From a virus, in the IMG/VR virus record IMGVR_UViG_3300022927_000015, positions 1-64,000 of that record: a stretch of DNA of 64,000 nucleotides; one strand, given 5' to 3'. Shown in pieces: positions 38,962 to 48,829 of this stretch; position 1 is the first letter of the stretch; each line of letters opens with the position of its first letter. Made by a program: the position numbers and the translations under genes. Below the pieces are notes generated by a model. That model did not search any database. It saw nothing but the letters and a program-made list of their open reading frames with translations, and had not been told where the DNA came from.

Positions 38962-40818
38962 TTACTTTCCTCTTATAGCTTTCAATGTTGGGCTATCCTG
39001 TAGCCTTCCAGTATTTGTACTTCTTGCATTACGTGAAGTTGCAATTGTAGTTCCACGAGTTCGCTTAAGATCATTAAACTTGCTCTGTTGTGTTTTATTG
39101 TATAGGTTATTTGGAATAGCGCCTTTAAAGAATATGTTAAGCGAACTTATAGTATTCTTTTGTGGAATAGGTTCATAGTAAGTTCCATTACGATCTTCCC
39201 ACCCACCTCTGATTATTGCTAAATCATCAGGGCCTATAACCACATCGCCAAATTCATCTAACCCTAATTGTGGATCTTCACCTTCTGCTAATGGTACCTT
39301 TTTATTTTCAATAAGTACCTTTTGGTCAGTTACAGGATCGGTACCATAAACTGGAACTACATAAAAGCCATCGGTAATTGCCTTTTCATTTTCTGCTGAT
39401 ATAAAGAATACATTAACAGAGTCAACACCATCCACATTTTCAATAATTGAAATTATATCAGATCTAGGAATACGATCCCTTCTATTGATTATCATAAAGT
39501 AAGTACTAAGATTTTCTCTAATCTCTGCATGAATCTCTTCTTTATCAAAACCGTCTACGTATCTTAATACAATATTAAGAGCATACTTTTTAATTATAGG
39601 ATCATTTATTCTAACCTCAGCTGTAACAATCTGCCTGCCGCTTTGGTTAAGAATATCATATACCATTTCTTTTTCATCTGCTGTCATAACAAATTCATCC
39701 TCAGATACACTAAAGTAATCTGTGTCACTTGTTATCTTTTTAGCAATATCAGGGATTAAGAAAAGGTAAACAATATTGTCATCATCTAAATACTGATCAT
39801 CTTTAGTATTATATGCATCTATAAAAGAAAAGTAATCATACTTGCTTAAATAGTAAATGTAATTATTAGGGTTAGCCAATACAAAAGAATTACTTTGATA
39901 TGGGGCTATTAGTCTGGTAAATGCAGGATCTTCACTATCTGATCCAAACATTGGATTTCTTACAATGTTTAATGATAGGACTTCATTAAGATCTACGTCG
40001 TTACCTTGTGGATCGGTACCAGGTTCTTTAAACTTAAGACCTAAATTTTTACCTCCAATGTTACCAGCAGTACCTCTTGTCTTTATATATGTTACCTTAA
40101 TTATTGAACCTAATGCAGGCGGTTGACCAAATTGATTATTACCAAAGAAAACAGTTAAGCCACCGTTTACACTAGTTTTAACCATAGCAGCTTCTTCACC
40201 GTTATTCATATCATAAAGAGAATCTACCTTTTTCCATTTTTTACCATCTACATAAACCTCAACCATGTATTGATCAGTAGGCTCCTTTGTGGTTAAGTTA
40301 TAACTCTGTAATGCCAATCCGGTACCAGTAAAGGTTTGGTCTTCTAGTTCTCCTTGTATTAGCTGAACATTAGTAAACTGCCGAGTGGTCTTTTCTAATC
40401 TAATATAATCACTGTCAAATTTTATAAAATAAGAAAGGCCATTCTGAGAAATTTCAAGAGGAGCCATATTTAATATCTGTACATAATCTCCTTCTACGAG
40501 GGTTGATGCCGAGGTGTTTAGTCTTAAACCAATTATTCCTTGTGCAGATATCCCTCTCGTAGGATCGTGACCAGTTAACCTAGAAAGACCATAGATTGAT
40601 TCAATGTTACGTGCTCTTGATATATTAAGCTCTGTTGCAACAGCTTCAATGTAAAACATTATAAGCTCGCCTAAGTTAGCAACTACAGTAAGTATCTGAC
40701 CAAACGGGGACGCAGGCGTAAACACTTCACCGGCCTGGTCGTATTGTCTTTGGAGATATTCAAATGCGTCATAGAATAACTCCGTTGCTTTTATTCTTGT
40801 TTTACTGAAGAATGACAT
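38962..40818 (-). CDS. gp6: Baseplate wedge protein (T4 gp6-like)
   Basis: ARNIESIYGLSRLTGHDP, FFGNNQFG..P, YIKTRGTAGN, GSDSED....LIAP, VDGVDSV. Confidence 0.85.
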   Translation of the reverse strand: MSFFSKTRIKATELFYDAFEYLQRQYDQAGEVFTPASPFGQILTVVANLGELIMFYIEAVATELNISRARNIESIYGLSRLTGHDPTRGISAQGIIGLRLNTSASTLVEGDYVQILNMAPLEISQNGLSYFIKFDSDYIRLEKTTRQFTNVQLIQGELEDQTFTGTGLALQSYNLTTKEPTDQYMVEVYVDGKKWKKVDSLYDMNNGEEAAMVKTSVNGGLTVFFGNNQFGQPPALGSIIKVTYIKTRGTAGNIGGKNLGLKFKEPGTDPQGNDVDLNEVLSLNIVRNPMFGSDSEDPAFTRLIAPYQSNSFVLANPNNYIYYLSKYDYFSFIDAYNTKDDQYLDDDNIVYLFLIPDIAKKITSDTDYFSVSEDEFVMTADEKEMVYDILNQSGRQIVTAEVRINDPIIKKYALNIVLRYVDGFDKEEIHAEIRENLSTYFMIINRRDRIPRSDIISIIENVDGVDSVNVFFISAENEKAITDGFYVVPVYGTDPVTDQKVLIENKKVPLAEGEDPQLGLDEFGDVVIGPDDLAIIRGGWEDRNGTYYEPIPQKNTISSLNIFFKGAIPNNLYNKTQQSKFNDLKRTRGTTIATSRNARSTNTGRLQDSPTLKAIRGK

Positions 40819-40832
40819 TCACTATCATATTT

Positions 40833-41198
40833 TTAAAATAGAGCACCAATTACTCTTTGTTCATTAATGTAAATATCTACTAAAGCACCATTTCTTTCAA
40901 CCGTGCTATAGAACTGTACTCTAGTATCTACTCCAAAACTTCCATCGCTACTGTTTAAGCAATAGGTTTGGATCTGTGTATTGATTCGTTGAGCAATAAC
41001 AGATTCATTTAGCACTAAAGAAAAGATAAGATCATCAAGATTACACCCTACATTAGGGGCTCCTAATACATCACCTCTCCTAGTAAATAATACATTCTCT
41101 ATTTTAAGGATAAGTTGCTGTAGCTTATCAGTCACTTCGATAATGTCATCATTATACTTAGGTGCATCTATGTCTCTACTATAAATTTCCTTAATCAT
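40833..41198 (-). CDS. gp25: Baseplate wedge gp25-like protein
   Basis: IENVLFTRRGDVLGAPNVGCNLDDLIF matches the gp25 pattern; adjacent to gp6. Confidence 0.8.
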   Translation of the reverse strand: MIKEIYSRDIDAPKYNDDIIEVTDKLQQLILKIENVLFTRRGDVLGAPNVGCNLDDLIFSLVLNESVIAQRINTQIQTYCLNSSDGSFGVDTRVQFYSTVERNGALVDIYINEQRVIGALF

Positions 41199-41199
41199 G

Positions 41200-41226
41200 G
41201 AGAATATTCTTTTATTATATATTCTC
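41200..41226 (-). promoter_or_regulatory. 8-bp hairpin overlapping the promoter motif GAATATATAAT just upstream of the gp25 start
   Basis: GAGAATAT / ATATTCTC inverted repeat; motif at 41214..41224. Confidence 0.5.
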
Positions 41227-41253
41227 TACATTTTTTGAGGGTCTTAGATTATA

Positions 41254-42105
41254 TTAACCGGTGAAGAAGTAGTCAACACCTTCGTCGCCTTTAATCTCTT
41301 CAACAATCCTATCAATCTCTTCACGCCCCTCTCCAGCTATTAAATCGTAGTTTATAGTAATATTACCAGGTAGGTTAAATTGGAAAGTTCCTAGTATTCT
41401 AGATAGCTGTATTTTGGCCATACCGATACAGTAACGGATAAAGGCTTCATCTTGAAATAAATTACAATCAGGAATAGTATTGTAAACCTGGAAAACACAA
41501 GCTCCTCGATCCGGTAATTTTCCCATAAATCTAAGCTTCTTTGTTAACCTATTATAGTTATAGGAAATCTGAGCCTGTAAAACCTGTCTAGCATTATCAA
41601 TAAACTTAGAATTAATTACATAATACATAAGTTCTTCCGAACCGATACCAGCACCATAGACATCAGAGTATATAAATTTATCTAATGCAAAATCTGGGTC
41701 CATACCAGAAAAAGAATAATCCCCAAAGCCGCCATCTTCACCAGAAAAACCGTTCAATTCAAAAACATTATTAACTGCCCATATAGTATCTGGCATTTTA
41801 ACCACACCTCTTGAGTTATTTACATCTGCTTCTGATAAAGTATTACCTCCACTATTATGGCTGATTCCTTGTCTAAAATCCTTTTCGGCCCAAGCAGATG
41901 CAGGTAAAGCAATAAACATTTCTTCTACACTATCTTCATAGATTTTATAAAAGTAATCCTTTGCCCTATCTATAATTCTAGCCAATTCTTTTTTAGGAAC
42001 TGTAAAAGGTATTTGACAACCTACAGTTAAGTCATCATTAATCTGTTTGATCAAAGCATCTAAACATTCAGCCGCATCCGGGTTACACCAACTTTTGTTT
42101 GCCAT
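41254..42105 (-). CDS. gp13: Neck protein (T4 gp13-like)
   Basis: IIDRAKDYFY, AKIQLSRILGTFQFNLPGNITIN, EGREEIDRIVEE...FFTG. Confidence 0.8.
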   Translation of the reverse strand: MANKSWCNPDAAECLDALIKQINDDLTVGCQIPFTVPKKELARIIDRAKDYFYKIYEDSVEEMFIALPASAWAEKDFRQGISHNSGGNTLSEADVNNSRGVVKMPDTIWAVNNVFELNGFSGEDGGFGDYSFSGMDPDFALDKFIYSDVYGAGIGSEELMYYVINSKFIDNARQVLQAQISYNYNRLTKKLRFMGKLPDRGACVFQVYNTIPDCNLFQDEAFIRYCIGMAKIQLSRILGTFQFNLPGNITINYDLIAGEGREEIDRIVEEIKGDEGVDYFFTG

Positions 42106-42107
42106 CT

Positions 42108-43406
42108 TTATTTAATTTTTTCTATCTCTATTACTTCAGTATCTTTACTGAATCTTGCAAAATTTGTAGCTCTACCTTGTCTAAATATGCCACCTACCAT
42201 CTCACCGCTAAATACACCTCTTTTACCAAAGACGTAACTATCTTCACATACTACATTTTTGCTAACATAAGATTCCTCAATTTTACAATCCTCAACTACA
42301 GTAGCTCCAAATAAGTTAGATTCAAATACTGAGCTATTTTTAATGTCACATCCAAAGATATCACAGTTAATTATATTACCTTGAATAACAGAATCTACAA
42401 TATCAATTCCTTTAACTTCAAAGCATCTCATAAGCTTGGCATCCTTAATTTGTATTCTACCACTATCGGCGTCATAATTAATTAAACCTTCTTTCATATC
42501 GGCTTTAGTTAATAGCTCAAATATCTTTTCTCTTATGCGAGGATAAAACATTTCCACTATTTGGTCTTCTGTTTTAAGATCAATCATTAAATGAATATCT
42601 GGGAACTTTTCCTTGAATGCCTTATATGTCTTATAGGACTCTATTACATGTCTGTGTTTTTCTAATACAGAATCCAAAAGCTTCAAATCATCTTCAGTGT
42701 AATTAGGATTAACAAGAGTTTCATAGAGTGAGGTAATAAAATGCTCGGTCATTGAAAGTATAGTGGAATACTTCTTTTCATAATCCTTTCCACCTAAATA
42801 CCTAAACTCAATATACCCTTTAGGTATCTTAGTAAAGTTTATACCATAATACTTGTCATTAACAAATGCGTAATTTCTCCAAATGTTTTTACCTGGTGAT
42901 GACTGTGTCATTCCACTTAAAGGTACAATAAACTTTATTGACTTTGCATAAACAGAATCCTTTCTATTAGGAAAGGCTTCATAAACACGGTCTTCATCAA
43001 AATTAAGAACAAATTTACCAATATCTAATTTAGACATATTGGTAATAGGTCCTAATTTTTTACCGTCAAACGCAAGATTGACATGGATAGAACACCTTTC
43101 ATTAGTAGTACCGTTTTCTCTTATCCACTTTAATGTTTTGGCCATTATTAATTTTGCCTCAACAAAAGGTAAAGGCCCTGTGACCAATTCAATCATCCCT
43201 GTACCACCAGAGTTATCCGGCTCCATTTTAAAGACATCCTCGGTTGGAGCAAAATCACTATGGGCTTTTTCCTCTATTCTAATTTTCTTATTAAGAGTTC
43301 TAGAAAGACTCTCTTTGGCTGAATCTATACTTTCATTTGCAAAAAATTCAAATTCAAATCCAACCTTAGAGGAATGAATAGCATTAAGTTCTTCGTTAGA
43401 ATACAT
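42108..43406 (-). CDS. Putative amidoligase (COOH-NH2 ligase) with C-terminal beta-helix-like repeats
   Basis: GFEFEF, PDNS, IELVTGPL, CSIHVN, KYYGIN, IEFR; C-terminal I/V-x-[DN]-[SC] repeats. Confidence 0.8.
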   Translation of the reverse strand: MYSNEELNAIHSSKVGFEFEFFANESIDSAKESLSRTLNKKIRIEEKAHSDFAPTEDVFKMEPDNSGGTGMIELVTGPLPFVEAKLIMAKTLKWIRENGTTNERCSIHVNLAFDGKKLGPITNMSKLDIGKFVLNFDEDRVYEAFPNRKDSVYAKSIKFIVPLSGMTQSSPGKNIWRNYAFVNDKYYGINFTKIPKGYIEFRYLGGKDYEKKYSTILSMTEHFITSLYETLVNPNYTEDDLKLLDSVLEKHRHVIESYKTYKAFKEKFPDIHLMIDLKTEDQIVEMFYPRIREKIFELLTKADMKEGLINYDADSGRIQIKDAKLMRCFEVKGIDIVDSVIQGNIINCDIFGCDIKNSSVFESNLFGATVVEDCKIEESYVSKNVVCEDSYVFGKRGVFSGEMVGGIFRQGRATNFARFSKDTEVIEIEKIK

Positions 43407-43407
43407 A

Positions 43408-43446
43408 TTTATCCTGATTTGTTTATATATTCCAAACCAGGATAAA
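43408..43446 (-). promoter_or_regulatory. 14-bp RNA hairpin abutting the amidoligase start; its 11-nt loop is exactly the promoter motif GAATATATAAA
   Basis: Arms UUUAUCCUGGUUUG / CAAAUCAGGAUAAA (one G-U); loop at 43422..43432. Confidence 0.7.
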
Positions 43447-43448
43447 GG

Positions 43449-44621
43449 TTATACTAAGTTCATTGTAATCTTACGATCTGCTGTATTGATACTTTGGATC
43501 TTAACTTGAAGCATGTCTCCTTTAGTAACTTCAGTATCTTTAAGTTTGGTTTTATGTATAAGTCCACTAATACCTTTTTCCAATTCAACAAATGCGCCGT
43601 ACTTAGTAACCTTGGTAACTTTACCTTCAGTAACCATCATTGGTTTATACTTTTCTTCAGCACCGTCCCATAGATCAACCTTAGGACCTTGTTGACTTAA
43701 AATGATTTTCTTTTCTGAAATAATTTCTTTAGTCCAAAAACTAATTTCATCACCCGGTTTAATTTCACGGTTTTCAAATTTGGCTAAAGTCTCTTCATCT
43801 ATTTCATTTTTAGGAATTAATCCAGTGAGGCATTCATTAAATTCAGCAAAGATACCAAATTTAGTGGTACCTGTGACAAAGCCGGTAATATGATCTTTGA
43901 TATTTTCTCTTAACGACTCAACAGTGGAAGGTATCATAGTTCTTAAATATTCTCTATGAGAAACTACGATAGTTTGTTTTTCGTTTGAATATGTAATAGG
44001 CATTACAATAAGCTCTTTACCAACCAATACATTAAAGTCATAAAGCTTATTTAATCCACCTAAGGATCCTGGCATAAAACATTGGATTCCACCAACTTCA
44101 ACCCAGTAACCACCATGTATTAGTTCTTTGACATAACCAGTAAATCCTACTGTCTTATCTCCTATTGCAGCATAGATTTCATTTCTCTTAACTTCATCTA
44201 ATGCATCTGCAATTGAAGCATAAAGAACCCCTCTTGATTGTCTCTTTACTTTTATATCAACAGACATCCCAACCTCTAATTGGTCTACGATTTCTTTAGG
44301 TTCTTTTGTTAACACACAAACAGCAGTATTCTTCTGTGAAATATCAATAAGTGCTTCAATTTTAGTTTCAACTTCCACATCATCTATGATTTGCTTAATC
44401 TTCTTAATGTGGACTATTTCACCTTGTGTTATGTAATTATTTGCTTCTTCTGATTTTTGAAGTCGGACAACTTCCTCATCGGCTAGTTGATACATTTTAA
44501 TAGCCTCAGCTGTATATGATTCGTTACATAATAGTTTTGTGCCTTTAGGTACCTGTACCTTTACTGTCTTTGTGTCAAATGGATCGTCGCTAAGCTGGAT
44601 CGTGATTTCTTGTTCAATCAT
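43449..44621 (-). CDS. rpsA: Ribosomal protein bS1-like multi-S1-domain protein
   Basis: GYVKELIHGGYWVEVGGIQCFMPGS, GFVTGTTKFGIFAEF..LTGLI, GKVTKVTKYGAFVELEKGISGLIH, plus a degenerate first domain. Confidence 0.85.
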   Translation of the reverse strand: MIEQEITIQLSDDPFDTKTVKVQVPKGTKLLCNESYTAEAIKMYQLADEEVVRLQKSEEANNYITQGEIVHIKKIKQIIDDVEVETKIEALIDISQKNTAVCVLTKEPKEIVDQLEVGMSVDIKVKRQSRGVLYASIADALDEVKRNEIYAAIGDKTVGFTGYVKELIHGGYWVEVGGIQCFMPGSLGGLNKLYDFNVLVGKELIVMPITYSNEKQTIVVSHREYLRTMIPSTVESLRENIKDHITGFVTGTTKFGIFAEFNECLTGLIPKNEIDEETLAKFENREIKPGDEISFWTKEIISEKKIILSQQGPKVDLWDGAEEKYKPMMVTEGKVTKVTKYGAFVELEKGISGLIHKTKLKDTEVTKGDMLQVKIQSINTADRKITMNLV

Positions 44622-44703
44622 TTATTTTTTATTAAAGCGTGATTATAGATTATATATTACTCTGTTGACTTATAATAGTTATACACCTAAGTATTCTAAT
44701 TGT

Positions 44704-45006
44704 TTAAACAATGATAGCAGGTGGTGATGGTGCTGTTGTGGCACCGGCTTGAGCAGCAGGGCTACCTGCAGTAGCAACGGCTTGTCCTGGTGGTATAGTA
44801 ATTGTTTGAGATCTTATATATGCATCAATAGCAGGTGTAGCTAATTTAGCAAACACAACAGATGAAGAAGTAACTGCTGCTGTTAGGTTAGCCGCGCCTG
44901 AATCCAAACCTAATGGGTTAGCTTTAATAACAGCAATAAAGTCGGTTAATGCTGCTGCATATGCTGCAGTCAATGCGGTTTCTAAAGTTGGGGGTACTAA
45001 TGCCAT
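44704..45006 (-). CDS. Small Ala-rich protein following the spike gene (possible spike-associated)
   Basis: 100 aa ORF with its own upstream promoter motif. Confidence 0.5.
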   Translation of the reverse strand: MALVPPTLETALTAAYAAALTDFIAVIKANPLGLDSGAANLTAAVTSSSVVFAKLATPAIDAYIRSQTITIPPGQAVATAGSPAAQAGATTAPSPPAIIV

Positions 45007-45031
45007 AATGTATTGTTTATCAGTTTATATA

Positions 45032-45949
45032 TTAGTCAGTAGTATTCTTCTTGCTATATGCAGGTTCAGGTGACGGTACCATGGGAGGACTAGTTGGAGC
45101 ACCTAAATTACCAACGTGAGTATGACTATCAACCCAAGCTCTAAAAGTATCACCTTTAATAACAGACTCGGCAGCGGCTTCACCTAACTTGATTCTAGGT
45201 GAATTAACATGTGTTTCACCAGACGCATTAATCTTAGCATCAATACAATTAACAACAGTATTCGTATCTGCATTAATTACAGTATCTGCTCCACTATTAA
45301 TTGTAAATTGAGCTGAATGTGTAAATGTAATATTACCGTCATTAAGCATTACGATAGAGTCACCGTTTGCATTAATAATCTCAACCGAGTTATCGGGTTT
45401 AATGTTAACTGTAGTTGGACCTTCTGTGGTTGTATAATCCATCATCAGTCCCTTTTCCTCAGTAAAGAAAACCTTTATATGTTCACCTTCTCTTTCATTT
45501 GTTACCTCAGGGTTCCCAGATTGTAGGTCAGCAGTTAAACCAAATGCTGTATCATATATTAATACATGGGAGTTAGGATAAGCGGCCTCTATCTCCGCCT
45601 TCGTCTCATCAGAAGGGTATAGGGACTCATGATACACGGGTGAATAGTAATTACCGTTATCAAAAGTTACCCTTAATATGGTGCCGAGTTTAGGTACCGA
45701 AAATGTACCACTTCCTGAATTACTTCCACCTGAAGATGCAACTGATGGCCTAGCCCACGGCAAAGAAGCAGTTGGCATAATGTAAGCGCTCTGTGGATCT
45801 TCTGGGTCTTGGCGTTGATCCATTTTACCGAAGACTCTAATCTTAATCCTCCCTTCAAATAGATCATCGTTAGTATCCTCAACGATACCAACCCAATTGC
45901 TCCCTTTAAGATTATCAGCTTTTAAATCCCTTGTGGTTAATTTACCCAT
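45032..45949 (-). CDS. gp5: Baseplate central spike (gp5/VgrG OB-fold), no lysozyme domain
   Basis: WVGIVEDTNDDLFEGRIKIRVFG, LPWARP, FSVPKLG; beta-helix repeats; C-terminal HTH (His-x-His) metal motif. Confidence 0.85.
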   Translation of the reverse strand: MGKLTTRDLKADNLKGSNWVGIVEDTNDDLFEGRIKIRVFGKMDQRQDPEDPQSAYIMPTASLPWARPSVASSGGSNSGSGTFSVPKLGTILRVTFDNGNYYSPVYHESLYPSDETKAEIEAAYPNSHVLIYDTAFGLTADLQSGNPEVTNEREGEHIKVFFTEEKGLMMDYTTTEGPTTVNIKPDNSVEIINANGDSIVMLNDGNITFTHSAQFTINSGADTVINADTNTVVNCIDAKINASGETHVNSPRIKLGEAAAESVIKGDTFRAWVDSHTHVGNLGAPTSPPMVPSPEPAYSKKNTTD

Positions 45950-45952
45950 ATG

Positions 45953-47323
45953 TTATCCAAATATATTAGTTGAATTGAGCGGTGGTCCAGAAGGCTGTGG
46001 TGAAAATAATGTTGTTGAATTTAATCCTCCTGTAAATGAAGGGGTTTGTCCAGCAAAAATATTATCATCAATACTTTGGTTAATACCTTGCGCAGATTGA
46101 CCAGCAAAAGCTTGTATTGCGGCACCATTCAATGAATTAATTAAACCTTGCGGATTACTAACAGTATTAACTAAATCATTTCTTAGACCAAAGACATTAC
46201 CTAAAGCTAGCCCTTGTGTAAATGAATTAACCGTTCTCTCTGCAAAATTCTTAAATCCTTTAACCGCATTATCCTTAAGGTTTTCAAATTTAGATTCCGC
46301 TAATCCACCTAATGATTGCTTCTCTAATAGTTTATTCTTAGTACTTATTTGACCATCTAAAGTTTTAGGTTGAAGATTTGCAGTATCTTTTAATGCAGAG
46401 TCATAACCAGAGAACTGGGATTCTACTTCAACATTACCATAAGACCATTTCATTGAAGATGTAGCAAAAGCAGCACCTCCTCCACTAACATTAGTAACAT
46501 TTGCAAATACAGTACCGCTTGCAGTGGCATCCCATTTACATTCTGTAAACTTAAATGTTATCATTGATGTATTTTCATTTACAAATTTAGTTAAGTCATT
46601 CTCTGGTGAATTAGGATTACCTGCAGTAGCAGCTTTTCTAACTTTATGAAATTTTCTAATCTCTAATACATCTACATAAACATTAAAATACATTAAGTTT
46701 ATCGGCAATACCGTTCTTCTATATTTAACATCATAACATGCAGCTTTATATAGACTAAAGAGAGCAGACATTTTTAAATCTATAGCCTCAAGTAAACCTA
46801 CAGTAATACCTTCTCCATCGGCAGACCCAACAAAGGGTGTCATTGTAACTGTCTTATTCCACGCTTCAGTAATACCTTCTATTGTTTGGAAGTAATAAGG
46901 TCTCTTCTTTTCAATTTCTCTCATACCTTGAATAAATCCTCTAAGATAGGTTGCTCTAGTAGTTTCACCAACCGTTTCTAAATACCCAACAGCTGATTCG
47001 CCATTAGGAGTATTAATTTGTCCTGCTTCTGGTGCACCACCTGAACCAGCAGTATTAGGTACCGATGGGCTACCTTCTTCAGCACCGTTGAATAATGGGC
47101 TATGTGCATCAAATCTTATATTAAAACCTAAGTATGTTGGATCATCTAAAGTAGTAACACCATTACCTCCACCCTGTGCATTAGTTGCAGGAGTAACAAA
47201 AGTTTTGGCAAAATCATAAGAACTAGGAAATTGGCCAGTAATGTTACCTAACCTATCGGCATTAAGGTAATCCTGCGGTACCCCCTGTGGATTCAATGGG
47301 TTATATAACTCTAATGTAGGCAT
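45953..47323 (-). CDS. Putative baseplate/tail tube-associated protein
   Basis: 456 aa ORF in the hub cluster with a tube-like central region. Confidence 0.45.
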   Translation of the reverse strand: MPTLELYNPLNPQGVPQDYLNADRLGNITGQFPSSYDFAKTFVTPATNAQGGGNGVTTLDDPTYLGFNIRFDAHSPLFNGAEEGSPSVPNTAGSGGAPEAGQINTPNGESAVGYLETVGETTRATYLRGFIQGMREIEKKRPYYFQTIEGITEAWNKTVTMTPFVGSADGEGITVGLLEAIDLKMSALFSLYKAACYDVKYRRTVLPINLMYFNVYVDVLEIRKFHKVRKAATAGNPNSPENDLTKFVNENTSMITFKFTECKWDATASGTVFANVTNVSGGGAAFATSSMKWSYGNVEVESQFSGYDSALKDTANLQPKTLDGQISTKNKLLEKQSLGGLAESKFENLKDNAVKGFKNFAERTVNSFTQGLALGNVFGLRNDLVNTVSNPQGLINSLNGAAIQAFAGQSAQGINQSIDDNIFAGQTPSFTGGLNSTTLFSPQPSGPPLNSTNIFG

Positions 47324-47346
47324 ATAAGATTTATTTTATTTATTCA

Positions 47347-48828
47347 TTAAGTAGATGGAACCACTTCTCTTCTACGTAAATGTAATCTCTGTCTAAGACC
47401 ACCTGGTTTTGTAAGTATATACTCAATCCCTGTTATAACATAAAAGCCTGTAAGATATTCATTAATAATTCCGTTTTGGCTAGTCTTATCACTTGCTACA
47501 TTATCAGGTGATTCCTTTCTTCTTTGTGAATCATTAGGTACATCCTCGTCATTCTCTGGGGCAGTAAGAGTACTTTTAACATTTGAAGCAAACTCTAAGA
47601 TTTGACAATAAATTCTACTATACCTTAACATAGCAGGATTGATTGTATCTAACTCTAAGACCATTCCAAATTTATTCATTTCTGCTAAGTTTTGAAAATT
47701 TAAGATAGATGCATAGTAATAGTTTCCATGAACATTATCACCCTGTGTTCCTAAATACTTAAACTTAACTTGATCATTTCTTGGTCCTTCTACTTCACCA
47801 TTAATAACTCTGCCTTTTGTTGCAGGTATCATACCGGGTGTATCGTTTGTTAGCGGATCAACAAATTCACTAACAAATTCCTTTGCTTCTAAATCCCAAT
47901 ACTGTGTATATCTTTTATAGCCATTATTTTTACTAATCTGACCGCTCTTATTTACCTGCTGATATTTTGAAATGTATCTAGCGGTTCCTTGAAACTGTAT
48001 CATATTACTAAGCATATTAGGAAATTCATAATCGCTTTCAGCTTCATCACCACTTCCCATCGTATCCATTGCATTTTGGCTAAACATTTGACTGGTTTCT
48101 AAATCATCTTCTTGACCAAACAACTTATTAGCATTAACAAAGGTTAAGTAATAGTAAGGATCAATATATGCTGTAAAGAAAGAATCATCATTAAGATATG
48201 AATTAGATGTAATATCTTGTATGAAAGTTTCAGCAGTATCATATGGGTTTGTCCAGGTTTGTTGATCTGCAGTATCTTCTTCATTTGATGCAAAACCTAA
48301 TTGTAATTCTTCTGCTACAGAAAGTAAAGAATTCCAACTAGTGTTATCTTGAAACTGAACCTTCTCTGTAAATAGGTTAGGTACATGCATTCTACCTTCA
48401 ATCATTAATTGTGAAGCTGTATTCGTAGATCCTCCACCACCTAATGGCTTAATATCTTCAACCGTAAAATCAATTCTTATTGGTTTAAATGTGGTTTCAT
48501 TACCCTGTGATCTAATGTATACCTGAATAATATCACCATCCTTTGGATAATACCTTGCAGTAAACATACCGTCCCTATCATAAAAAGAAAATCTACATGT
48601 AGGATAAAAACCAGTACAGCTAAGCTCAAACATTTCCAATCTATCCCCCTGTACATCATAACCATTTACTCTAATGATAGGTATCATTGAAGTAAACTTT
48701 GTAGGTTTTTCTTTCATTGATGTTCCTTGTGAGTTTTCAGTACCACTTTCTACATCAATAACTTCTAATTCATCAAGTTCTATTGTCGGTTCTATGACCG
48801 TTAATATGTTTCTTTCTACCGCTGACAT
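47347..48828 (-). CDS. Putative baseplate hub protein (gp27/gpD-like)
   Basis: Lies between the gp53-like and gp5 genes; C-terminal LTGFYVITGIEY...LHLRRRE is typical of hub proteins. Confidence 0.6.
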   Translation of the reverse strand: MSAVERNILTVIEPTIELDELEVIDVESGTENSQGTSMKEKPTKFTSMIPIIRVNGYDVQGDRLEMFELSCTGFYPTCRFSFYDRDGMFTARYYPKDGDIIQVYIRSQGNETTFKPIRIDFTVEDIKPLGGGGSTNTASQLMIEGRMHVPNLFTEKVQFQDNTSWNSLLSVAEELQLGFASNEEDTADQQTWTNPYDTAETFIQDITSNSYLNDDSFFTAYIDPYYYLTFVNANKLFGQEDDLETSQMFSQNAMDTMGSGDEAESDYEFPNMLSNMIQFQGTARYISKYQQVNKSGQISKNNGYKRYTQYWDLEAKEFVSEFVDPLTNDTPGMIPATKGRVINGEVEGPRNDQVKFKYLGTQGDNVHGNYYYASILNFQNLAEMNKFGMVLELDTINPAMLRYSRIYCQILEFASNVKSTLTAPENDEDVPNDSQRRKESPDNVASDKTSQNGIINEYLTGFYVITGIEYILTKPGGLRQRLHLRRREVVPST

Positions 48829-48829
48829 A

